From: Camelus dromedarius | Taxonomy: Eukaryota | Length of the DNA stretch: 64,000 bases | Assembly (NCBI RefSeq): GCF_036321535.1 | Contig: NC_087452.1 | Location: forward strand, 34,348,001-34,412,000 | Direction: 5' to 3' | Shown: one piece after another, positions 1 to 10,649 of the stretch | Layout of the letters: each line of letters begins with the position of its first letter | Numbering within the stretch: the first letter of the stretch is position 1 | The notes under the pieces: model-generated | What the model was told of the DNA's origin: nothing | The model's database searches: none | What the model saw: only the letters and a program-made list of their open reading frames with translations | Position numbers and translations under genes: made by a program

Positions 1-255
1 TAACAGAGCAGGAGATGCATGTCTGCGTGTGCTCCCTGAGTCTGGGCATCCTCTCCTGTGTGTCCCCATGTGTCCCTCCTGTCTTGACATACAGGCTCCT
101 TGTGTCCATGTCCTCATGTGTCCCCTGCATGCCCCATATATGTGGGAGTTGACATTCACGCTCCCACATCTGATCCTGTGCGTCTCTGCACATCTCTGCA
201 CATTCTCTGCCTTCACCCACCACGGGCGGCCCTCACAGTGTGTCTGCTTCCCCAG

Positions 256-1334
256 CAGGGGACTGCAGGGAATGAGCTAGAGGATATGGCAGCCAGGGGT
301 CCAGAAGATGCCAAGGCCCCAGACATGTCCTCACTGAAGGCCCTGGGCCTGCCTCAGCCAGATTTCCACAGCCTCATCCTGGATCTGGGCGGCCTCTCCT
401 TTGTGGACACTGTGTTCCTCAAAAGCCTGAAGAATGTAAGGGGCTGGGGGCACCCCTGAGATGGGCCCTGAGGGGGGACGAGGCCCCTCCACTCTGACCC
501 CTTGACAAGCTCCAAGAACCCTCTGAGCCTGATCCCCAAACTCTCTGAGCTCCCCCTCTGACCCCTGCCGCCTACCTGAGTCCCCACTCAGAACCCCTGA
601 GCCTCCCCCTGAGGCCGGTCCCCCTTTCTGCTGCAGATTTTCCGTGACTTCCGGGAGATCGAGGTGGAAGTGTACATGGCCTCCTGTCACTGTACGTGGG
701 GTGGGGACACCAGGAGCGGTCCAGGTGGGGTGTGGGGATTCCAACCAAGGTATTTGCCAAGACACAGGGAGAAAGTCTTTATCTGAAACTGGAGGTCAGA
801 GGTGTCCTGGGAGGCAGAGGTCAAGGGTCAAGAGTTGGGGGTTAGCTATAAGCCTCAGGAGTGGAAGTCAAGGTGACATTCTGATGGTGCCTGGGGGCTG
901 GGTTTCTTGGTGGTTCTGCGAGTCAGGAGAGACCTCTCCTTACCTCCAGCTCCTGTGATCACCCAGCTTGAGGCCGGGCACTTCTTTGATGCAACTATCA
1001 CCAAGCAGCATCTCTTTGCCTCTGTCCACGATGCTGTCATCTTTGCACTCCAGCGTCTGAGGTCCGGCCCCGTCAGCCCTGTTTCGGTGAGCTGACCTCT
1101 GGCCAAGCTCTTTTTGTTTATCTACTGCTTGTCCCACCCTGAGCCCGGTTACAGGAAGTCCACCCTGCCTGGATGGCTCTGGATGGCTCTGAATGGCTCT
1201 GTCCCCTGTGGACCCCCTGCCTTTCCCTCCTGCCTTTAGATGAAGCTGCTCCTGGGAGAGGGGGTGGTATGTGTCCTTTGGAAACTGACAGGAGCCTCTC
1301 TCCTCCTCTCCCTGGCCAGGTTACCAAACTCTGA
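256..1334 (+). CDS. SLC26A6: SLC26A6 anion exchanger (PAT1/CFEX), last four coding exons: STAS domain and C-terminus; gene starts upstream of the window
   Basis: Exons 256-435, 637-691, 950-1086, 1320-1334, all with AG/GT borders and consistent phase. They splice to ...LKALGLPQPDFHSLILDLGGLSFVDTVFLKSLKN|IFRDFREIEVEVYMASCH|SPVITQLEAGHFFDATITKQHLFASVHDAVIFALQRLRSGPVSPVS|VTKL*, the SLC26A6 STAS C-terminus ending in a class I PDZ-type motif (TKL). Confidence 0.96.
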
Positions 1335-1558
1335 CCGTGCTGCCCCCTGCCTGAGACTGCTCACGTCTGGAGGTTGTGATGGGGTACCCATGAGAACCCC
1401 CAACCCCTGGGCTGCCTCCACGTGTTCCCCAGGAGTCCCCTCCACATGCACACACACACAACTCAGGGATGGAGGTCCTGGGACTCCAAGTTCAATGCTC
1501 TAGGCCTGCGATGAGGCACTGGGCAAGTTGGAGGAGCATGCATGTTTTTAGTCTCAGG

Positions 1559-1564
1559 AATAAA
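1559..1564 (+). terminator. SLC26A6 polyadenylation signal
   Basis: AATAAA about 225 nt after the stop codon; first canonical hexamer in the 3' UTR. Confidence 0.75.
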
Positions 1565-2220
1565 GATTTGTTTGCCCAATACCAGGCTCTGCGGTGGTTT
1601 GGTGGGGGCTTGGTGGGGGCAGGGGAATGATCCACAGTCCTGGCTCCAGACCCTTCTTCTGCCCCAAAGTTGGGGCTGGAGTCAGAAGTTGGGAGGAAGG
1701 TGTGGAGAGGGCCGGGTCAAGCAGGGGGCGTGCAGAGCAGGAGGGAGAGCTATGGGGCCAGGGCCAGGGTGGGGGCTTCCCAGGTCCAAGTTTCTCCCCA
1801 GCCGCACACAGCCCTCAGCACCTGTGTCCTCAGCTATAAGCTAGATGGAGTCAGAGCTGCTTCTCAGGAGTGATCTGTTCTCAGGGACACCCGATAAGGT
1901 GCAGGGCAGGCAGGGTACCACTGGGCAGCCCCTGGAGGGTGTGGTGTGAACACCTGAGCAACCCACTGAGACAGTGCAGGTGTTCACAGGGGTTGCTGGT
2001 CTGCGTTTAAAAGTAAGAATGTGAGTAATTGCTTTACTAGGGGTAAAATGCCTGTTTGTATAATTAGATCACCTGGGCTTCACAGGGCACTGTTGGCCAA
2101 GGACCATGTGTTGGTTTCTGCCGTAAACCACCAGCGTCTGGCCAGATGGTCTAGTGGGTAGCAGGGGGCCTCAGGCCAGCTGATACTGAGTGACTGAGGG
2201 CCCAGGGTGGGGGTTGAATC

Positions 2221-2515
2221 TTTCTGGGCCTCAGTGTCCTTACCAAGTGAGCAGGAATGGTAATAGTACCCACCTCCTGGGTTGCTCAATGAATGTTTTT
2301 TTTCTGGCTGGGGAGGCAATTAGGTTTATTTATTTAGGTTTTTTTTTTCAAATGGAGGTACTGGGGATTGAACCCAGGACCTCATGCATGCTAAGCATGC
2401 GCTCTACCACTGAGCTATACCCTCCCCCCACAATGAGTATTAAATGAGTAAATGCCACAAAAGGCTTGCAACAGTGCTAGGCTCATGTCACCTGCCAAAA
2501 CATGAGAGCTTTGCC
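2221..2515 (+). mobile_element. MIR SINE remnant, split by a younger SINE
   Basis: MIR core-like text 'ctgggcctcagtgtccttacc...taatagtacccacctcctgggttg' resumes after the SINE as 'tattaaatgagtaaatgcc...gcttgcaacagtgctaggctca'. Confidence 0.6.
2293..2430 (-). mobile_element. tRNA-Ala-derived SINE (camelid Vic-1-like)
   Basis: Reverse complement reads GGGGGGAGGGTATAGCTCAGTGGTAGAGCGCATGCTTAGCATGCATGAGGTCCTGGGTTCAATCCCCAGTACCTCCA, then an A-rich tail with AAATAAATAAACCTAATTGCCTCCCC. Flanked by a CAATGA direct repeat (TSD-like). Confidence 0.9.
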
Positions 2516-2854
2516 GTTGGCAAGTGCTGACCAAGTGCTGGGCTCGGTGCTGGGCTAGAGGACAGAAGCTAAGCTGTCCTGCCCTGCAACGCACGGAGGC
2601 ATCCCCTTGCCTGGCTGTTTCTATCCTGACCTGAGTCAGTGCCGTGCATTGTGTTCACAAATCATCTGTCTTCCCCACCCCCACCCCCACCCCCCCAACC
2701 TCACCCAGGAAGTCAGGGCTCTTTGTCTTCTCTGTCATGCTGCGTCCACCCACCGGGAACAGCGCCTAGCACATGGAGGTGCTTGGTAAATACTGGTTAA
2801 CTGACTCTTCTGTGCTGGAGTGGAAAGTAAACCTCAAACATGAACTTGCAGATA

Positions 2855-3305
2855 CAGGCAGACCTCACTTTATTGCACCTCACAGGTAGTGCATTTTTTG
2901 TTTTTTGTGTTTTTTTTAACAAGTTGAAAAGTTTGTGGCAACCCCACCTTGAGCAAGTCTGTCGGCGCCATTTTACCCCACAACATTTGCTCACTTCTTG
3001 TGACAGTGTCACATTTTGGTAATTCTTGCAATATTGCAAACTTTTTCATTATAATTATATTTATTATGTGGATCTGACATCAATGGTGACTCACTGAAGG
3101 CTCGCCTGCTGGTTAGCATTTTTTAGCAGTAAAGTGTGTTTGCACTAAGGCATGTACTTTATTTTCAACATAATGCTACTGCACACTTAAGACTACAGTG
3201 TAGTGTAAACATAACTTTTATGTGCACTGGGACACAAAAAATTCATGTGACTCGCTTTATTGTGGTGGCCTGGAACTGAACCACTGTATCTCCGAGGTAC
3301 ACCTG
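2855..3305 (+). mobile_element. Internally deleted Tigger1-type (TcMar) DNA transposon
   Basis: Starts TA|CAGGCAGACCTC and ends GAGGTACACCTG (imperfect TIRs). Interior matches the Tigger1 left end (gtggcaacccc..gagcaagtct..cggcgccattt..gtcacattttggtaattct) fused to the right end (gttagcatttttagca..gactacagtgtagtgtaaacataacttttatgtgcactggga). Confidence 0.85.
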
Positions 3306-3925
3306 TGCAGAGAAATGCTTTGGAGGAAATAAAACAGGGTCTTGTGAGAGAGAAGGGACTGTGTTACCCAGGATGGTCCTGGGAGGGAGGCTCAGGGAGC
3401 AGGTGACACTTGAACTGAAACGCCAGCCATGAGAAGTCTCTTTCCAGGACAGTGCTCCTGGCGTCGGGAGCAGCAGGTGTGTTCAAGGAACACCTAGGAA
3501 GCCAAAGCACAGGCACCTCACAGGCCAAGGGTGAGCCTTTAAGCTTTATTTCCACATTTTTAGCATTCACTCTGTTGTCGCAAGGACTATGGAACTGAGC
3601 TGGGTGGAGGGGACCAGAATGCTCTGTGCACTCTGCTAGGGGCGGGTGGAGAGCAGCATGGGGAGCCGTTGGGGTGAGAGTTTCAGGGGTTGGATGTTAG
3701 GTGAGGAGGCGGAAGAGGGGAAAGGAGGCACTTCTTCAGCCCTGGGCCCCAAGACGCCATCCTCCCAGCCCTGGAACAAATCCCCTGTCCTATACCTTCT
3801 GGCCAGGTGGCCCCTCACGAAAGCCATGGGCCCTGCTGGAACCTGCTGCCTAGCCTGCCCCCGGGGGAGGGGTGTTTGCCTGTTGCCAGGCACCCGGGTT
3901 CCGGCCCCTGGCACTTGCCGCAGCC

Positions 3926-4733
3926 ATGGTGCATGCACAGTCTTTCCTGCTGTGGCTGCTTCCGCTAGTGATGCCTGTCCACACCCATGCCTGGTCACGG
4001 CCCCTGTGGTACCAGGTGGGGCTGGACTTACAGCCCTGGGGGTGCCAGCCAAATAGCCTGGAAGGTTGTGAGGGCAGCCTGGGCTGTCCCGGCTATTGGA
4101 TGGGCCTGGGGGTGAACCGCATCTACCCTGTGGCAGGGGTCACGGTCACCACTGCCATGATGCTGATGCTCAGCCGTGTGGTGATGCAGTGGCGGCGCTC
4201 ACAGGCTACTAAGAGTGAGGTAAGCCTGGCACTGCTCTGTCCCCGACAGCCTTCTACCTCCACCCATCCTCCCACTCAAATCTTGTGGGCCTCCTGCTGC
4301 CCTCCCCCCATCGCTCACACCCCAGTGTCCCTACATTGTCCTCAACCAACAATCTCTGACCTCTCTCCATGGATGGTACCCTGCCTCATCCTCCCCCTTT
4401 AATTTCCCTACTCCTCATCTAGCCTCCATGGGCCCCTATGACCACACTAGCCCACAACAGACCCTCTGTGATCCTCCGTCACCCTAAGTCCCCCTTCCCA
4501 CCACACTTCTGTCCTATTCCTCTGTTCTCACTCCTGCCTCTTGGTCCTATCCTCAGCACCCACAGGTGACTGCTGACCCCTGTGTGCCCTGGAAACGACG
4601 GGGCCCTGTCTCAGACCGCGCCCTGCTCCTTGGGGTCTTGCATATGCTGGATGCCCTCCTGGTCCACATCGAGGGCCACCTGCAGCGTCTAGCCACCAAG
4701 CAGCGAACCCAAATAAAGGGGACTCCTGCCTAG
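3926..4733 (+). CDS. TMEM89: Transmembrane protein 89, 2 exons, 156 aa
   Basis: Exon 1 3926-4219: MVHAQSFLLWLLPLVMPVHTHAWSRPLWYQVGLDLQPWGCQP...RRSQATKSE|gtaagc. Exon 2 4557-4733: HPQVTADPCVPWKRRGPVSDRALLLGVLHMLDALLVHIEGHLQRLATKQRTQIKGTPA*. Contains the TMEM89 motifs WSRPLWYQVGLDLQPWGCQP and GVLHMLDALLVHIEGHL, at the syntenic position. Confidence 0.95.
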
Positions 4734-6479
4734 AGCGAGTGAGCCAACATCTGCTTCTCTTTGCCTGGTGGCCTGTTGGGGAGGGGATGGCCTGAGGCTC
4801 TGGGCCAGTCTCAGGCCCATGTGTCTTGTTCTCTCCAGGCCTCTCTGGCCCCTGTGCCACTTTCCTACTTTTAGAGCCTCAGTGCCCAGGACGGCTGGGC
4901 GGGCAGGGCCGGGGCTGGCTCACAGTGCTCCATGGCCCCCACCAAGTGACCCCTCTTCTCTAAGGATCCCACTCACAAATACAGCTGCTCCTCTGGGGCT
5001 CCTCAGGGGCCCCAGTGTGGTAGGAGAAGACTTGGCCATCAGGGCAGACTTGAGTGGTTCACGGAGGGCAGCCCGGAGGCGGTGACCACCTGGCTGAGTC
5101 AGCTAGGGCTCCTGGTTGAGGATGCTGGGTCCAAGCTGGGGCTGGGGATAGAGGGTGGGCCCTGGCTGCCATCAACTTTGTGACATCTCAACATGCTGTG
5201 TCACTCGAATGGCCCTTGCTCTAAGGCTCCTGGAAGTGGGGTGAGGGCTGAACCTCCCCAAAGGGGCCCTCACCCCCTTCCTCTCTTCCTTCTACCATAG
5301 GTAGTCCCGGTTGAGCAGGTACTGAGGCCTATGCATCTGGAGGGTTTCTGTTTTAGAAAAAGAATACAACATTATGAATTCAAAAACAGAGATAATTAAA
5401 ATCAGAAAAATCATGACAACGTACACATTTTTAAAAGTTGACAAATACTACAACACAAAATCCAGAACAATAACATTTTTGTGGTGACTTCCTGATACAT
5501 TTCTGTAATATTTCTCCTCCGTGTTTTCTGGCTGTTCTCTCCCCGGTGGCCTCTACATAGGATAAGGATTTCACAATTTGGGGAGAAACATTTTCTATAC
5601 AGAGAATAGAAAGATACTTCAGTCTTTCTTCTATCCTGGTTGATTGAAATTTGTGATTTAATTATTGATAGTTTAGAAAATTAGTTTCATGGTGTCACAT
5701 AAAAGGTCTGACTTGTTTTCAGTTTTGGGAAACTGTCATCAACTCTCTGTCCTATAAGAGCTGTATGATTTGAAAGAATTTTCCACAAATGAGCTTCTGG
5801 CTCCACACATTTCGAACCTTGTTCTCCCTCCATAGCTCACGATTTTTCTAGCATTGAGTATGGTGAGGGCAGGGTCTAAATGCAGCAGGACCTTGCACTT
5901 ATGTTTTGACCAGGAGCTCTGATCCAGCAGGAGGTTCCTGGAGGCCATTCCTGCGCCAGGACAGGAACAATAAGCTGGCTGTATATAGGAGTGAAGCAAA
6001 CCACATAAACATGTCCCTCTAAACCCAAACCAAGTATGTCCCTATGATAGACTGAGAGATGTGCCGCCTGGGTTCCCCTTGAAGGAAGGCCTGCTGTTGC
6101 CAGCCACTGAGAGTATAGCCAGTCTTCTCCCTCCTTCAGATGTCAATCTTAAGAACCATCTTGGTAAACAGCCTCATCTCCCTCTTGGAGTCTGCTTCCC
6201 AGAGAATCCAAGCTGGAACAATCCACAATCCTCCCAATCCACCTCTTAGACCCCCAAAATCATAGCCTCCTGGTGTCCCCCATATGAGAGGAAGTGGACT
6301 GCGTGGGAGTCTGACTGGAAAAGGACAGAGATCATAAGTAGATGGAGTTAGATGACCATAACCTTGCAAGTTTTCCAAAAATACTTGAGCCCATGGACAC
6401 CCGACTAGGGCTCCTCCCAAGGCCTGGAAATGAAGGGTGTTGAAAGCTGAGCTTCATCAGCCTCTTGTTAGATGCACTT

Positions 6480-6890
6480 CTATATTCTACAAAGTTTAAT
6501 AAGCACTTACTGTTTGCTAGCCCTATTGTGGATGGCAGGATCTGCTGATGTACAGAACAGAACTGGCTCCCCCTTCACCCACTCACAATTAGGGAAGGGT
6601 GGCGGCAGCAGTGAAACAGGCTCAAAAAGGCAATTACTCTGCAGAGAGGCATGCTGACAGGTTGGGGTGGGGCAGGTGTGAGCTGACTGCTGGAACCTGA
6701 AGGATGAGTGGGGTGATAGGAGGGGAGGGTGCTCCAGTCAGAAAGATAAGCACATATAGGGGCCTGGTGAAGAAAGAGAACTTGACCTGTTTCAGAAAGT
6801 ATACGGTGGTCAGGATTTCAGGTGGAAGAAAGAGGTATGGAGAGCAGGAGGGAGCAGCCTCCAGAGGGGCAGGAGTTGGTGCCTCCCAGG
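6480..6890 (-). mobile_element. LINE L2 3' fragment
   Basis: 'tttaataagcacttactgtttgctag' (degenerate L2 tail, antisense) followed by purine-rich L2-like text 'ctgaaggatgagt...gtgctccagtcagaaagataagcacatataggggcc'. Confidence 0.5.
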
Positions 6891-6894
6891 GAGG

Positions 6895-7602
6895 TGGTGG
6901 TAGGTAGAATAATGACCCCTCAAGATGTCCATGGAGTGGGGGAGGGGACAGCTCAGTGGTAGAATGCAAGCTTAGCATGCATGAGGTCCTGGGTTTAATC
7001 CCCAGTACCTCCATCAAAAAAATAAAATGATAAAAAATCTAATTATCCCCCCCTTCAAGGAAACAAAAAAAGATGTCTATGAAACGTGTGGATATCTTAT
7101 AGCACATGGCAAAAAAGAACTTTGCCAATGGAATTAAGGTTAAAGACATTTAAATAGGAAGATTATTCTGGATTATTTTGGTTGGCCCAGTATAACCGCA
7201 TGAGCCCTTAAAGGTAGAAAAGTTGGACAGATCCAAAGTGTGAAAAATACTAGTTTTCTGCTGCTGTCTTTAGAGACAGTGGAAGAGATCTCCCACCATC
7301 CAAAGATCCAAGGAATTCAGGTGATTTGTAGAAGCTGGGAATGACCCTTAGGTGATAGCTAGCAAGAAAACAAACCTTGCTCCTTCAACTACTAGAATCT
7401 AAAGGCTGCCAACAACCTGAATGACTGAATACACAATCTCTCTAGAGCCTCCAAAAAGAAACACAGCCCTGCTGATAGCTTGATTTCAGCCCAGTGATAT
7501 TGATGTTGGACTTTGGGCCTGCAGAACTGTGAGATAATAAATTTGTTTTGTTCTAAGCCATTAACTCTGGTGATTTGTTATGGCAGCAATAGAAAACTAC
7601 TA
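6895..7602 (+). mobile_element. MaLR (MLT1-type) solo LTR, split by a SINE
   Basis: Starts 'tggtaggtagaataatgacccctcaagatgtcca' and ends 'gcagaactgtgagataataaatttgttttgttctaagccattaactctggtgatttgttatggcagcaatagaaaactacta'; both are typical MLT1 termini. Confidence 0.85.
6938..7070 (+). mobile_element. tRNA-Ala-derived SINE (Vic-1-like), second copy
   Basis: GGGGGAGGGGACAGCTCAGTGGTAGAATGCAAGCTTAGCATGCATGAGGTCCTGGGTTTAATCCCCAGTACCTCCA plus A-rich tail; flanked by the near-identical repeat aagatgtc(c/t)atg inside the MLT1 LTR. Confidence 0.9.
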
Positions 7603-7710
7603 TGGATGTCGGTATTAATACTTTGCTGAAAGAAATTAGACATAAATAAATGGAAAGATACTCCATGTTCATGGACTGGAGGACTTAATATTGTTAAAAT
7701 GACAGTACTA

Positions 7711-8400
7711 TGCTGGGAAACAAGCTGCCGGGAAACAAGCCTCTGGACAACAAGCAGTTAGAAAACAAGCCACACATAGATTTCCATGAGCTTAAAACAT
7801 TGTATTCACACTTGCTTGCTTAAAATGCACATGCTTGCTTTGTTTTAGTGTTTTACGTAGTAGATGACCTATAACACGTATTATGCTAAAGAAAATTCGT
7901 AAGGGGCAATCCTGAGATTGACCATAAAGGCACGAAGGAGGGCAGATATTTCCTTAGGGTAAAACAAGGGATGGTCCTGGAAAGCCAGATCATCCATTAA
8001 CAGAACTTTGTTCTGGGGTGAAAGCAAGCGGTTTAACCCAGGGGAAGTATTTGCTATCTCGAGATGCCTCGGAGGCAATAACAGGACAGACTTAGAAATT
8101 TTGCATACCCTGAGGAGGGTGATTGTTCCTGAAAGGGATAGGCCTGAAATTAATCAGTTAATCAGCAAGCAGAACTTTGTGCTTATTGCATGGGATATCT
8201 AAAGCCTCACCTCTTTGCGTTTTTTTTTTTCTGAGCTGTATACTCCTAATAAATATGATTGTGACCAGGCTTTCAGCACTCTAGATCCACAAGATCTTGA
8301 GTCCCCTGGTCCCATCTTTGCTCTTTACTTTGTCTCTTTGTTTCTTAAGTCTTGTGTCGCCTGCCCTCAGACACGGTCCCAAGCTGCGCTGGACGTAGCA
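7711..8400 (+). mobile_element. Endogenous retrovirus solo LTR (690 bp, class II-like)
   Basis: TG...CA termini (tgctgggaaa...ggacgtagca), perfect 6-bp TSD GTACTA at 7705-7710 and 8401-8406, and AATAAA at 8248-8253 followed by a pyrimidine-rich U5-like tract. Confidence 0.85.
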
Positions 8401-8450
8401 GTACTACCCAGTGGTCTATAGATTCAGTGTAATCCCTATGAAAATCTCAA

Positions 8451-8579
8451 NNNNNNNNNNNNNNNNNNNNNNNNNNNNNNNNNNNNNNNNNNNNNNNNNN
8501 NNNNNNNNNNNNNNNNNNNNNNNNNNNNNNNNNNNNNNNNNNNNNNNNNNNNNNNNNNNNNNNNNNNNNNNNNNNNNNN
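8451..8579. other. Assembly gap (129 N)
   Basis: Run of N between two collinear L1 ORF2 pieces; its size is about what the missing L1 segment would need. Confidence 0.99.
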
Positions 8580-9109
8580 AATGTAGTACAAAGATACTGT
8601 AATCAAAACAGTGTGGTACTGGCATAAGAATAGACACACAGACTAATGGAATAGAATAGAGAGCCCAGAAATAAACCTAGAAGAATGCACTGGTGTGATG
8701 TCAAATAAATGTTGAGTGAGAAAGTGGGGGCCTGCCACAGCCCTCTCAGGCAGCCCACATGAACTGGGTTTTACAGTTTTGAGAATCTCTGTGGATAATT
8801 AATGGAGTCTCAGACATGAGGAGAGAAAGAAGGTCTCGTCAAGAATTGCTGTTACAAAGTTCAGTTTGTAATTTAGGGGGGAAGGGGATATTTTGATCTT
8901 ACCTCACTCCATATGCCAAGTAAATTCCAGAAAATCAATGAGTCACTGAAGATTCTTGCCAAATCGTTGCAAGGACCACTGCTTGTACGTGACCTTTTAG
9001 TAACATTTCCTTTTTGACCAACCTCTTGAAACATGTCCTTCCGTGGGCGTCTAGCACATGACACTTCCTGGTTGTCTCATTGTCCTTCCCTTCTCAGCCC
9101 AGGGGAGCT

Positions 9110-9790
9110 GTAGGGGTGGGGAAGGGGGTTAGGTTACTGGATTTAGAAATTATTGGATTTGTTAAAAAAAAAATTGGGTGTGGATTTTGAGAGAGTGGAG
9201 TCAAGGATGAGCAGCTGGGTTCATGGAGGTGCCATTAACTGAGATGAAGACAATTATGGGAGGAACAGGCTTGGGAGAAAGCCTTCAGTTTTAGCATGCT
9301 TAATTGAGATGTCTGTTGGCCCTCCAGGAGAGATGGTGAGTAAATGATGGGAAAATGGGGGCCACTGTATGTACAGACAGCACTGAAGCCATGAGACTGG
9401 ACAAAATGACCAGAGGGCAAGTTTTGATCAAGAAAGGGAGAAGCACCAGGACTGAGCCCTGGGAACTCAACTGTGTAGAAGTTTGGAGGTGAGGAGGAAC
9501 CAGCAGAGGTGCTAAGACAAAGTGTCCAGAGAGGTAGGAAAGCACAGGAGAGCATGGGAACCTGGAGGTGGAGAATGCATGAAGCTCTAAGGAGGAAAGA
9601 GTGGCCAAACACGTTAAACAAGACTTAGCATTTTGACCGTTGAATTTAGTACCATGGAGCTCACTGATTACTCTGACAGGTGTGGTTTTGCAAGAGTGAA
9701 GTTGGGGCTGGACTGAAGTGGGTTTGGGAGAGAATGAGAGGAGAGGAATTGGAGGCAGAGCTCTTTGCGGGAGCTCTGCTAGATGGAGAG
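9110..9790 (-). mobile_element. LINE L2 fragment
   Basis: L2 antisense hallmarks: 'ggagtcaaggatgag..ggaggtgccattaactgagatg..ggaggaacaggcttggg..ttcagttttagcatgcttaattgagatgtctgt..aggactgagccctgggaactcaac..gagaggtaggaaagcacaggagag'. Confidence 0.75.
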
Positions 9791-9854
9791 TGTAGAGTGC
9801 GCTGGTCACTAGAGGAGGTGTGTCACAGGCAAGAGGAGCTGAAGGAGACATGAC

Positions 9855-10110
9855 AACGAAAGGTCATGTGGTGTCCTGGATAGAATCCTAGAACCAAAAA
9901 GGAAACTAGGTAAAAACTAAAACTAAGGGAATCTAAACAAACTATGGACTTTAATAATGAATAATTGGTTCATTAATTGTAACAAATGTATCAAAAGTAA
10001 GATGTTACTGATAGGAGAAACTGTGTATACCCGTTTGTGTTGTGGGAATATATGGGAAATTCTGTACTATCTGCTCAATTTTCCTGTAAATATAAAATTT
10101 CTAAAAACTA
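9855..10110 (+). mobile_element. Old L1 (L1M-type) 3' UTR fragment
   Basis: 'tcctggatagaatcctagaacc..actatggactttaataat..ggttcattaattgtaacaaatgta..atatgggaaattctgtactatctgctcaattttcctgtaaat' resembles L1MB/MC 3' ends. Confidence 0.55.
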
Positions 10111-10649
10111 GTTTTTAAAAAGTGGAAAGATGAACCAATTAGGAGATTCTATTTCACTTTATTTTTTCATGTCTCAATCATAACATAATTTTAGGCCACA
10201 AAATATTAATCAATGCACATTTAAGCATCTTTTGTCTGGTTTTTATAAAAGAACATTCTATTTTAATTATGAATGGTATTTTGAATGATCACAAAAATAG
10301 GAGCGCAATAAATTATGTATACCTGTAAAAGGAAGCAGAGTTCAAAAGTATGCTATTACTTCAAAAGCAATACAGACTTTTTGGTAAAAATTTAAATTTC
10401 ATATTAAAAGTTCCTCCGGATTTTTTTCTATGTAGACCATTAGAAAAAGCAAGTTGTTTTTGTTTTGTGTGCGTTTTGTTTTCCAAACAAGGAATCCTTT
10501 TCACAAATTAGCCTCTAAAACTGTTGCTTTTTCCTAAACAATATATTGTTAAGTTCTTCCCATGTCGTCAGTCTGCATTTACTCCATTCCTTTGAGAAAA
10601 CTTTGACTTTCAGCAGCAGTCTCATAGTCCCAGGATTTCCACGCTGGTG

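Larger units (their letters stand above)
7628..8960 (+). mobile_element. LINE L1 ORF2 3' remnant, interrupted by an LTR and the assembly gap
   Basis: 'ataaatggaaagatactccatgttcatggactggaggacttaatattgttaaaatgacagtacta' continues after the LTR as 'gtactaccc..tatagattcagtgtaatccctatgaaaatc', and after the gap as 'tactgtaatcaaaacagtgtggtactggcataagaatagacac..gagagcccagaaataaacc' (TVIKTVWYWHKNRH motif). Confidence 0.85.

Noticed and set aside
2353-2424. Bona fide tRNA-Ala gene
   Set aside because: The 5' G extension, A-rich tail shared with two other copies, TSD and A2:C71 mismatch mark it as a SINE.
5330-6440. AT-rich block, possibly an old hAT-type DNA transposon
   Set aside because: The composition shift is clear, but I could not identify TIRs, a TSD or a family without RepeatMasker.
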